43,607 nucleotides of DNA from Vicinamibacterales bacterium (lineage in GTDB: Bacteria > Acidobacteriota > Vicinamibacteria > Vicinamibacterales > UBA2999): NCBI GenBank assembly GCA_035553795.1, contig DATMJU010000733.1, positions 1-43,607 on the forward strand. The letters run 5' to 3'. Positions 1-7,749 of the stretch are shown in pieces (position 1 is the first letter of the stretch; each line of letters starts with the position of its first letter). Made by a program: the position numbers and the translations under genes. The notes below the pieces were generated by a model. The model saw only the letters and a program-made list of their open reading frames with translations, ran no database searches and was not told the origin of the DNA.

Positions 1-30
1 CCTCGTTGTGCAACAATGTTGTTTCCTCGA

Positions 31-69
31 GGTGAGGTGGCCGAGTGGCCGAAGGCGGCGGTTTGCTAA
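31..69 (+). repeat. Left att core: 39-bp copy of the 5' half of tRNA-Ser(GCU), from the acceptor 5' arm through the anticodon loop. It is a truncated tRNA fragment.
   Basis: ggtgaggtggccgagtggccgaaggcggcggtttgctaa is identical at 31-69 and 32575-32613. Flanks diverge immediately on both sides. The left copy has no variable arm, T arm or 3' acceptor strand. Confidence 0.85.
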
Positions 70-90
70 GGTCGCCCAAGATCAGAGAAC

Positions 91-127
91 GGGCCTGAAA
101 TTCACGATTTCAGGCCCGTTTTTCTTT
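91..127 (+). terminator. Rho-independent terminator-like hairpin directly after the truncated tRNA fragment
   Basis: Perfect 10-bp stem gggcctgaaa (91-100) / tttcaggccc (108-117) with a 7-nt loop, followed by a gtttttcttt T tract. Confidence 0.7.
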
Positions 128-176
128 GGTCGCTTGGTTGGCGTTGGCTGCCGATGGATGGGATCTCGGACCGAGT

Positions 177-201
177 TTGGGCACACTGGCGGGCACACTG
201 G
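177..201 (+). repeat. 25-bp element holding two tandem GGGCACACTGG 11-mers; candidate integrase arm-type binding site (left arm)
   Basis: ttgggcacactggcgggcacactgg is identical at 177-201 and 32491-32515. The copies lie 107 bp right of the left core and 59 bp left of the right core, so they would flank the core in an excised circle. Confidence 0.6.
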
Positions 202-254
202 AGCCGACGCCAATGTGTGCCTCTCAAGCACACATCGTGATACCCTGAACGCCG

Positions 255-551
255 GTGAAGTACTTCGATTGGGATGACGCGAAGAACGCGAAGCTTAGGG
301 CGGAGCGCGGCGTCGGGTTCGAGGACATCGTCTTCCACATCGAGCGCGGCGACGTGCTCGACATCCTGGAGCACCCGAACCCCGACCGCTACGCCAGCCA
401 GCGCATCTTCGTGGTCCGGCGCGAGGAGTACGTGTACCTCGTGCCGTTCGTCGAGGACGAACACACGGTCTTCCTGAAGACAATCATCCCGAGCCGGAAG
501 GCCACGAAGCAGTACCTGGGTGAGGAGTCCGACGATGAAGATGGACGCTGA
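255..551 (+). CDS. brnT: BrnT-like (DUF497) type II toxin
   Basis: 98-aa ORF. N-terminus YFDWDDAKNAKLRAERGVGFEDIV matches the DUF497/BrnT pattern. It overlaps the downstream antitoxin-like ORF. Confidence 0.7.
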   Translation: MKYFDWDDAKNAKLRAERGVGFEDIVFHIERGDVLDILEHPNPDRYASQRIFVVRREEYVYLVPFVEDEHTVFLKTIIPSRKATKQYLGEESDDEDGR

Positions 552-801
552 CGAGAAGGAGTTGCTCGACTCCGTCGAGCGCGGCGAATGGAAGTCCGCC
601 AAGGGTGGCAAGCGCGAGCGAGCCCGATACTCCCGTTACGCGAAGGCCACGTTCCGCAAAGACCGGCGCCTGAACATCCGGCTGTCGAGCAAGGACCTGG
701 AGGCGATCCAGAAACGGGCTCTCGCGGAGGGCTTGCCGTACCAGACGCTGATCTCCAGCGTGCTGCACAAGTACGCGTCCGGTCGTTTGAAGGAAATCTG
801 A
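535..801 (+). CDS. brnA: BrnA-like ribbon-helix-helix antitoxin
   Basis: C-terminus RRLNIRLSSKDLEAIQKRALAEGLPYQTLISSVLHKYASGRL is typical of BrnA/CopG antitoxins. In-frame ATGs at 535 and 541 (ORF opens at GTG 520) overlap the toxin stop at 549-551. Confidence 0.7.
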   Translation: MKMDADEKELLDSVERGEWKSAKGGKRERARYSRYAKATFRKDRRLNIRLSSKDLEAIQKRALAEGLPYQTLISSVLHKYASGRLKEI

Positions 802-980
802 CGCCGCGCTATCAGTCTACCGGCCTTCGGGTCTGGCGCCCACGCTTCCCAACCGCGCTTCGTATAACGCTCCGACCGCTACCGTTCCTCGGGTGTGACC
901 CGCCCTGACACTGCCCTTGGATACGCTGCCGTTGAAGCGGGTGCCACCGTACGATATCGGACGCGCGTTCGTCGCTCATA

Positions 981-1439
981 ATGGGTTTGCGGCGAGGCAA
1001 CCGCGTGAGAAACTCAGCCATGGCGGGAAGCAGAACTGAACGCCCCAAACCGGTAGCGGAGTCCCCGATTGGGCTGTTTGCGTTGGCGCAGGCTTGCGAG
1101 GATGCGTGGAACGCAGCTACCTCCTCAGATCCGGAGTGCTGGTCCGACAAGAACCGGGCGCACGGGCAGTGCGCGGTTACTGCGCTCCTGGTCCAGGACT
1201 ATTTCGGCGGGGAACTGCTAAGAGCTCGTGTAAATGAAGTGAGCCACTACTGGAATCGATTGCCTTCCGGCGAGGAAGTCGACCTGACTAGGCAGCAGTT
1301 CGCCTCTTCCATCGACGTTCCGCCTGGCGAAGAACGTGAGCGCCAGTACGTGCTCTCCTTTCCGGACACGGCCCGACGTTACCAGGAGTTGAGCGACGCG
1401 GTGCGCGCCCGCCTCCAGCCGCTCGACGAATCCCGATGA
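981..1439 (+). CDS. Small conserved hypothetical, possibly YunG-like; first gene of a coupled four-gene operon
   Basis: 152-aa ORF with good GC3. The motifs GQCAVTALLVQDYFGG and SHYWNRLPSGEEVDLTRQQF resemble what I recall of YunG-family proteins. Alternative start at ATG 1020. The stop overlaps the next start (ATGA at 1436-1439). Confidence 0.45.
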   Translation: MGLRRGNRVRNSAMAGSRTERPKPVAESPIGLFALAQACEDAWNAATSSDPECWSDKNRAHGQCAVTALLVQDYFGGELLRARVNEVSHYWNRLPSGEEVDLTRQQFASSIDVPPGEERERQYVLSFPDTARRYQELSDAVRARLQPLDESR

Positions 1440-2527
1440 TGCCAGAGCCCAGACTCGCTTATCTGTATTCCTCGAATCAGTCACGCCTTTACGAGCAAGA
1501 CATCTTGGATGTCTTGGCGGCGCCGCGCGGGAGTGTTCGCCAATTCCGATACGAAGAGGGATGGCTCGCGCCCTCTCTTCGCGATCGAGTAGAGGATGCG
1601 CAGGGCACGGATGCACTTATTCATTTCTCGTTGCAGCAAGAGGAGAAGTACCACGACGCGGTTGTGATTCCGGTACGATGGGCACGGATCCAAGAGGCGG
1701 CAGTCAGCGGAGGCGTTTGCACGCTACAACTGCGAATGGCGGGATGGTGTTCGCTCAAGGCGCCTCGCGTGAATGGCCGAATCGACTTCGATTCAAAAGA
1801 AGCGCGCGACGACAAAACACGCATTGTGAAGTCATATCAGGAGTGGCTCAGGGCGTGCAATGCGCCGCGGCCCTACGACTATTGGGCGGGCCTTGGACCG
1901 ACTGTTTCAAATGAAGAAGGCGTTTTCGAACAAGCGGAGGACGGCCTACTTTTCCGGTATTGCTCTCAGTACCTGCGAGCTACGCGCTCGTTCACATCAG
2001 CGCGCTTCTACCGCATCAAGACTGTCCGGACGTTCGTGGGCAGTTCAGAAGAATCCCGAGAACTCGAGGCCGACGACGACGGCATCTTTGGAGTGACCGG
2101 CGGACGAACCCTCATCGTTGAACTGGCACACTTTCAACCCGTCCTTCCACAAAGCCCTGAACGAGTGCGCGTCGCTACTGACGGAAGAAACGTTCTTCTC
2201 ATCGGAAAACCAGAGTTCGAGATCGCTTCGCGATACGACGTTGTCAGTATCGAGTTGCACGTGGTAGAGCCGAGTACAACCCAAGCGCAAGAAACGGCCG
2301 TTTTGATCGAACCAGACGGCTCGATGTTTGGAGCGCGAATACGTCTCCGGTTGCGTGTGCTGCGATCTGCGATGCGAACGGCGACGGGTGTAACAGGGGC
2401 CGCTCTTGCCGCCGTGCTGCTCGGATTGCCTACTGTGCTGCCGATGGCGGATAGCCTTAAAGCGCTTTCCATCGCTGCAGCAACGGTACTGACAGCAATG
2501 CTGGCAAGCGCAGGACTCAGGCGATGA
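1436..2527 (+). CDS. Hypothetical 363-aa protein with a hydrophobic C-terminal anchor
   Basis: Long ORF with ATGA coupling at both ends (1436-1439 and 2524-2527). The C-terminal roughly 50 aa (GVTGAALAAVLLGLPTVLP...AATVLTAMLASAGL) look transmembrane. No family recognised. Confidence 0.6.
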   Translation: MMPEPRLAYLYSSNQSRLYEQDILDVLAAPRGSVRQFRYEEGWLAPSLRDRVEDAQGTDALIHFSLQQEEKYHDAVVIPVRWARIQEAAVSGGVCTLQLRMAGWCSLKAPRVNGRIDFDSKEARDDKTRIVKSYQEWLRACNAPRPYDYWAGLGPTVSNEEGVFEQAEDGLLFRYCSQYLRATRSFTSARFYRIKTVRTFVGSSEESRELEADDDGIFGVTGGRTLIVELAHFQPVLPQSPERVRVATDGRNVLLIGKPEFEIASRYDVVSIELHVVEPSTTQAQETAVLIEPDGSMFGARIRLRLRVLRSAMRTATGVTGAALAAVLLGLPTVLPMADSLKALSIAAATVLTAMLASAGLRR

Positions 2528-2940
2528 AGATCGATGACCTCACCCGAACCGTCGTTCCGTGGGTACTCGCTTTGGGATTGGCGATCGCAGGAGTCGTGTG
2601 CTCTCGTGGCCTCCTAAACGGGCTCGACGCGACTCTGGCGGAGGAAGCGGTGGCCGCTCAGTGCCGAGCGGGAGGCAGTCCCGATACGTGCCTTGAGCTT
2701 GTTAGACGGTTGGAGCGCCTCAATATCGCCAGTTGGTTGGCGGCAGCCAGCGTCGCGCTTGCCGGCATTGGTGGCGCGCTTGGCATTGGCATTGTCATTG
2801 TCGCCCTTGAGAACTCGAGTCTCTCGACCGGGCGTGCCGACCGAGATCGGCGTGCAGCCCTCGTCGTTGGATGCACACTTGCGACCGTTTCCTTCGCGAT
2901 GCTGGTTACATCGTTGATTACGATTGCACGCTTTCCGTGA
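2524..2940 (+). CDS. Small integral membrane protein (138 aa)
   Basis: Hydrophobic stretches VVPWVLALGLAIAGVV, ASWLAAASVALAGIGGALGIGIVIVAL and LVVGCTLATVSFAMLVTSLITI. ATGA overlap with the upstream gene. Confidence 0.6.
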   Translation: MKIDDLTRTVVPWVLALGLAIAGVVCSRGLLNGLDATLAEEAVAAQCRAGGSPDTCLELVRRLERLNIASWLAAASVALAGIGGALGIGIVIVALENSSLSTGRADRDRRAALVVGCTLATVSFAMLVTSLITIARFP

Positions 2941-2977
2941 GAACAACGACTCGGAGTTCGACGCTACAGGAGCAAGT

Positions 2978-3199
2978 ATGACAGCTGACATCGTGAGGCA
3001 ACTCACCGCCGCGCTCGAAGGGCTGCTACGCGCTGAGGACTGCGACGGAAATCGCCTCTTCTACGCCGAGCACCGTGAGCCCGTGCGCAACACTGTGGCT
3101 ATTGGAATCTGCCGCGTTTGCGGGGAACTTGAGGGCCATCGAGACGTCTGTGCCGTCGGAACCGCCGAGGAATTGTTACGCCGTCTCACTGATGCTTGA
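2978..3199 (+). CDS. Small hypothetical protein (73 aa, contains a CRVCG motif)
   Basis: ATG 2978 is preceded by aggag at 2968-2972. The ORF opens at 2924. Last gene of the 981-3199 cluster. Confidence 0.45.
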   Translation: MTADIVRQLTAALEGLLRAEDCDGNRLFYAEHREPVRNTVAIGICRVCGELEGHRDVCAVGTAEELLRRLTDA

Positions 3200-3723
3200 G
3201 CGTCCGCAGGGCGATCGTGTCGTTGCTACGAGAATCGCTGTTCACGATGCGTTCTGCGGTCGTGGAAGGCACATGGGTGATCTCGCTTACCCGGAACTCC
3301 TTTTACACGCCTGCCTTGTTCGTGTGCTGCACCTCCGAGCGCAGAAGTCGTTCGTTCGCGCAATTCGACCCTGAACTCAATCGTACCGCACCCTCTCTGA
3401 GGGTCCATTCGTGGGAGCGCCTCCGCTCCAGCTGACTGGGGCTCGCTCAACTTCCGCGCCCAGCAAAATCTGAGTGCTCGAACGACGTAACGCCGTTATG
3501 TTGCGCTAGTGTGCGCGGCACTCGTGTACTAAAGTTGGCTGTTTGCGGCTAACCTCTACCATGACGAAGTGCGGTGTGGACATGCGGTGATTCGCCAAAC
3601 ATTCGCCCAAATGACTGAATCAAAAGATCTTATAGACCGCAGTTGTGACCTGCTCTGTCACGCCTCCAATCGAGGCTAATCAGAGCAGGGGTTCAGCCGG
3701 CCGGTGTTCGGCATCACGGGACT

Positions 3724-6648
3724 ATGAACCTATCGGAGTGGAGCGGCCGTCTTCAGCGGCATTTCAACGAACTGCGAAGCCACCGTTTCGCCGCCGTCGG
3801 CGACAAGCCGCTTTTCGTCCTGGAACACGGCCTTAGCAAGTCGGAATTCCAGCAACTCTCCACGGAAGTTCAGAATCACGTACGGACATCGCCTCCGGAT
3901 GACGCTCATTGGCTTCCCTGGATCGTCTACGCGGCGGAACTCGGATACAGGTACTCCGGCGACGAGTACTGGCAGACGTTCGAAGAAGAGACGCCGGGTT
4001 GGCTTCTCCGAGGCGATCGTCATTGGATTCGAAGGTGCTTCCTCCGGTTCCACAAGGACTTTGGAGGAGCAAAACCGACAGGACCCTGGGCGGAACACTT
4101 CTCAATCATCTGTTGGCCCATCACCCACGCCATTCTTCCCAGGGATCTGCAGCGGCAACTTGCGCGCATTCTGTTTGAATTGCGTCACTCCTTCTCTGCC
4201 GAGCTATTTGAGGCACCCGAGAAACTCGGCGGATTTGTTGCCGCCCGGAGTTGGACGGCAACATCACGCTTTCAGAAACTGGCGGAGGAGCCCCAACTGT
4301 TAGGGCAGATCGCGGCTGCTTTGCTTCTGCAAGGCGAGTCGCGCAGCCGCGGGCTTATCCACGCCCCGACACTTCTGCGGATTACTCAAGACCTCGACGA
4401 CGAACGACGGGCTAGGGACTGGCTCCGCGCCGCACAAAAGACCGCAAATGAGCGAGCCCATGTCCGCGGTTTGGCGTTCGGTCGTGCGACGCGAACTGTC
4501 GTCCGCTCAGAGGAGGCCCGCGCCGAGGTCGCCGCGCTCGGAATCGAGCCTCGATTGATCCTTCGTCCAGCAGATCCTGCCTGCATACGGTGGGACGTCT
4601 CGCTGGAGATTCCTGATCTCTCAAACCTCCTCTTCCGCTTCCCAAGCACGCGAGAGACGCTGACGGGCTCACGGTGTGTTGTCGCCGGAGCGGCAGGCCG
4701 ACCACTGGCTCGCGAACGTGTTCTACACGGCAGTCAGCAAGTGATTCTCGACCGATGGCCCAGCGCCGACGAAGTGCTGCTGCAATTCGAGCGGAGCAAC
4801 GAGCAACTGAACTTCTTGTTCCGCACGGAATGCCTGCTTCGGCCCGGTCCCAATTGGTTGTTTCGAATCGGGTCTGATGGGTTGGCCTACGAACTCCGTA
4901 GTCTTCGAGTGAGAGCTGGCGAGCGGTACTTGTTGCTGACTACCGGAGGCCTGATTGGCGCCGGCGAGCGAGTCGAACCGATTCAGCTGTCCTGTCGCGG
5001 CGTGACCGGCGTGTTGATCGATGTACCAGAGGCGATCGACAGCGACCTCGAAGACAGATTGAAACGCATCGGGCTCTCACCAGCGAAGACGATTGAGGTG
5101 TGGCCAGCAGGGTTGGCTGCCGTGAGCTGGGACGGGGAAGGACACGGCGAATGGTTGGCGTCGGAGCGCGTCTGCCTTGGTATACGGAGTGACCACGCGA
5201 TTGCATCTCTCGCCATCTCGATGAACAGCGTGCTCCAGGCACCGCTCGAATTGAGACCCCTCCGCGCAGGGGAGACGGTCTTCGTGGAACTTCCCCAACT
5301 CCCTGTGGGCCTTCACAAAGTGCGCGTCTCAACACGAGATCAGGCAGGTAGGATCGAGCCGCTTGGCGATCTCGACGTAATGATGCGAATTCGGGAAGCG
5401 AGGCCGTGGTCACCAACGGCGAGTCTGCACGGTCCCTTACTTGTTGACGCCGACCCGCCGAACCCGACGCTCGAGCAGTTGTGGGAGGGACACGCGGCAA
5501 TTGCGATCACCGGTCCGCGCGGCCGTCAGCTGCGATGCCGTGCATCTCTTTACGAGAACGACGGAAGCCCTCCGACGCAGACAATTCAGCTTCCGCCTTT
5601 GCCTCTGCCCGTAGACGAGGAGCAGTGGGCGGCAACCTTCGATCAGCATTTTCGTCGTAGGCCGCAGGTGCAAGGCGCTTATGACGAAGCACGTCTCTGC
5701 ATCCTCGACTTCGCTGCGGAGGAGTTGGGGGCGTTCTCTCTTCGTTGTCCGCGGGACTTCGCCCCACTGAGATGGGCATTCGGTCGCGACGGAGGACAGT
5801 TCAGGCTCCGGCTCATTGACGATAGCGGAGGGGTCAGCGTTGCGGCAGTGTCGCGCTATCAGTATGAAACACCGGCCACCGAGGAACGCATATCCCTGCC
5901 TGCGCCGCACGTCACCGCGGCGTCAGGTGGCCTGTACATCGCCACACATGGCGAGTTCGTCGCCGGTGTGATTGTGCCACCCACCGTCAGGACGTTGGCC
6001 GATCTCGGATGCGTTCCTGTTATTCAGAGTAGCGTCCGCTCGTCGGGTTCTGTGATCCGACTGGTCGAAGTGTATCGGTTGTGGGCGCTGGCGCGCCTCA
6101 CGGGTAATGTCGTTTCATCGCTTCGGCAGCGAACGGTCCTTCAGGCGATCATGACCGCTGCATTTCGGCTGCTGTGTGGCGACGCGTGGGCCAGAGCAGA
6201 AGGCGCGTTTGTTGGAAGCAACAGCGACATCTCGCAACTGACTCGTATCATCTCTCCACGCGTCGGGAGCGATCCTTTCGTAAAGACGTTTGAGAGCGAG
6301 TTGGACCGATTGGCTGCAGCGACGTCGCTCGAGCGAGTGCAGATGTTCACAGCCCTTGTGCAACGCTACCGGCTTGTGGGCGCGCACTTAGGACACACGG
6401 GCGGGCCTGGACCTCGGGGCGTTCAGGCGTCAGACGACGTGGGCGCATTGGTCGAGTTCACGATGAGGCTGGCAAGCGATCCGGTCTGCATCGATTTGCG
6501 CGACAACCGATTTCGGACCAGGCTCCTTCGGTTAATGGATGCTCCAGCCCTGACTAGGGCGGCCAGATGTCTGGTCGTTTATGTAGATCGCATTCTAGGA
6601 TCGCGCACCACGCCAGGCCAGGCGTACGCGGGATGGAGTTGGTCATGA
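3724..6648 (+). CDS. Large hypothetical protein (974 aa); first gene of the helicase operon. DruH-like only by size and position.
   Basis: Uninterrupted 2.9-kb ORF with coding-like composition. Its stop overlaps the next start (ATGA at 6645-6648). I recognise no catalytic motif. Confidence 0.7.
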   Translation: MNLSEWSGRLQRHFNELRSHRFAAVGDKPLFVLEHGLSKSEFQQLSTEVQNHVRTSPPDDAHWLPWIVYAAELGYRYSGDEYWQTFEEETPGWLLRGDRHWIRRCFLRFHKDFGGAKPTGPWAEHFSIICWPITHAILPRDLQRQLARILFELRHSFSAELFEAPEKLGGFVAARSWTATSRFQKLAEEPQLLGQIAAALLLQGESRSRGLIHAPTLLRITQDLDDERRARDWLRAAQKTANERAHVRGLAFGRATRTVVRSEEARAEVAALGIEPRLILRPADPACIRWDVSLEIPDLSNLLFRFPSTRETLTGSRCVVAGAAGRPLARERVLHGSQQVILDRWPSADEVLLQFERSNEQLNFLFRTECLLRPGPNWLFRIGSDGLAYELRSLRVRAGERYLLLTTGGLIGAGERVEPIQLSCRGVTGVLIDVPEAIDSDLEDRLKRIGLSPAKTIEVWPAGLAAVSWDGEGHGEWLASERVCLGIRSDHAIASLAISMNSVLQAPLELRPLRAGETVFVELPQLPVGLHKVRVSTRDQAGRIEPLGDLDVMMRIREARPWSPTASLHGPLLVDADPPNPTLEQLWEGHAAIAITGPRGRQLRCRASLYENDGSPPTQTIQLPPLPLPVDEEQWAATFDQHFRRRPQVQGAYDEARLCILDFAAEELGAFSLRCPRDFAPLRWAFGRDGGQFRLRLIDDSGGVSVAAVSRYQYETPATEERISLPAPHVTAASGGLYIATHGEFVAGVIVPPTVRTLADLGCVPVIQSSVRSSGSVIRLVEVYRLWALARLTGNVVSSLRQRTVLQAIMTAAFRLLCGDAWARAEGAFVGSNSDISQLTRIISPRVGSDPFVKTFESELDRLAAATSLERVQMFTALVQRYRLVGAHLGHTGGPGPRGVQASDDVGALVEFTMRLASDPVCIDLRDNRFRTRLLRLMDAPALTRAARCLVVYVDRILGSRTTPGQAYAGWSWS

Positions 6649-7730
6649 GGCAACTGACGCCCGCTGATGTTCATGCGCTCAAAGTCAGCGAACTGTCACT
6701 TGACCCAGGTGCGGTTGACCTGACGACTGTCGAAGCGCTTGCCGGAGCTCTACGGAGGGCGGCGAGCTTTCTGTGCCCATGCACGGCGGCCACGTTGGTG
6801 CGTGCCGTCGAGCAACCGCTACGTGGGTTGGTGGGCGAGACGGAGGAGATACGAACCTCTATCGAGGAGACCCTTGAGTCCGCGATCGCACATGGCGACA
6901 TCGTCGAGGCCGCGGACATCGATGCCGCCTCGGGAGAGGACAAACCATCGCTGCTCTACGCGGCTCCGCCAAGCTTCGTCGCACGCAGGAGCGGTGCCAT
7001 GATCTTGCTAGGAGTGGCTTCGGACCAACTGTCTGCACTGCCCGACGAATTGCAGCGCCGCATCGAGTACGTCCATCACGTCAGACGGCTACGGCCGCTG
7101 GAGAACGAGGATCTGCGGAACGAGTTATTGGAACTGGGCCTGATTGAACTTCGCTACGACAAATGGTTGAATTCGCCAGCCGCCGAGTCTCCTGCGCAGC
7201 ATGTGGCGCGGCTCAATAGGCTGCTAGACGCGGCGGAGCCATCGCGGGACATTCCTGGACTGTCGCTGCTGGACCCTGAACGGCCTGTGCGTTTCTACCG
7301 CGGGCGCTGGGTCGGCGTGCGCTCGCAAACCGGGCGTTTCGTAGCGCGTCGAGACCAGGCATACGGGGCTCAACTCTGGTGCTACGCGCAGGTACAAGGC
7401 GGTCATCCAGAGCGGATGATCGATTTGCCTGCGCGTAATAGTAGATGGCGTGGCTGCGATGAAGCGTGGCGGCTGCAATTGGCTCTCGACGCGGTACGCG
7501 GAGAGCCTCAGCGCTTCAGGATTCGGAACCATGCCACGAATCCTGTTCTAGAGTTCTTTTCGCCCGTGCCAATGTGGGCACGGCGGCGGTGGGACGCCGT
7601 AGGCGAGCCGGTCCTGAGCTCAGGTTGTCTCTTCGCCTACAGAATTCCGCAGCAGGAGTTGGAGGAGGAAGTCCGCTTCATTCGAACCGAACTGTGGATC
7701 GAAGAACTGTCTCACGGTGCAGTGAAGTGA
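6645..7730 (+). CDS. Hypothetical protein (361 aa), translationally coupled to the 974-aa gene
   Basis: ORF opens at 6567. ATG 6645 forms an ATGA overlap with the upstream stop; ATG 6633 is an alternative. No family recognised. Confidence 0.6.
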   Translation: MRQLTPADVHALKVSELSLDPGAVDLTTVEALAGALRRAASFLCPCTAATLVRAVEQPLRGLVGETEEIRTSIEETLESAIAHGDIVEAADIDAASGEDKPSLLYAAPPSFVARRSGAMILLGVASDQLSALPDELQRRIEYVHHVRRLRPLENEDLRNELLELGLIELRYDKWLNSPAAESPAQHVARLNRLLDAAEPSRDIPGLSLLDPERPVRFYRGRWVGVRSQTGRFVARRDQAYGAQLWCYAQVQGGHPERMIDLPARNSRWRGCDEAWRLQLALDAVRGEPQRFRIRNHATNPVLEFFSPVPMWARRRWDAVGEPVLSSGCLFAYRIPQQELEEEVRFIRTELWIEELSHGAVK

Positions 7731-7749
7731 TAGAGCCAAGGACGCACAA

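Noticed and set aside
8-277. 89-aa ORF covering the left end
   Set aside because: It runs straight through the tRNA fragment, the terminator hairpin and the arm-type repeat. Its GHTGGHTG match to the integrase tail is explained by the 25-bp DNA repeat, not by coding homology.
3200-3723. About 520-bp gap with small ORFs (3075-3374, 3196-3435, 3226-3450 and 3645-3836) and a possible minus-strand gene remnant ending at 3186
   Set aside because: None has a convincing composition, start context or motif. A minus-strand reading (KEFRVSEITHVPSTTAERIVNSDSRSNDTIALRTLKHQ) is interrupted by an in-frame stop at 3303-3305 and is too short to support. I treat this as the non-coding leader/promoter region of the helicase operon.
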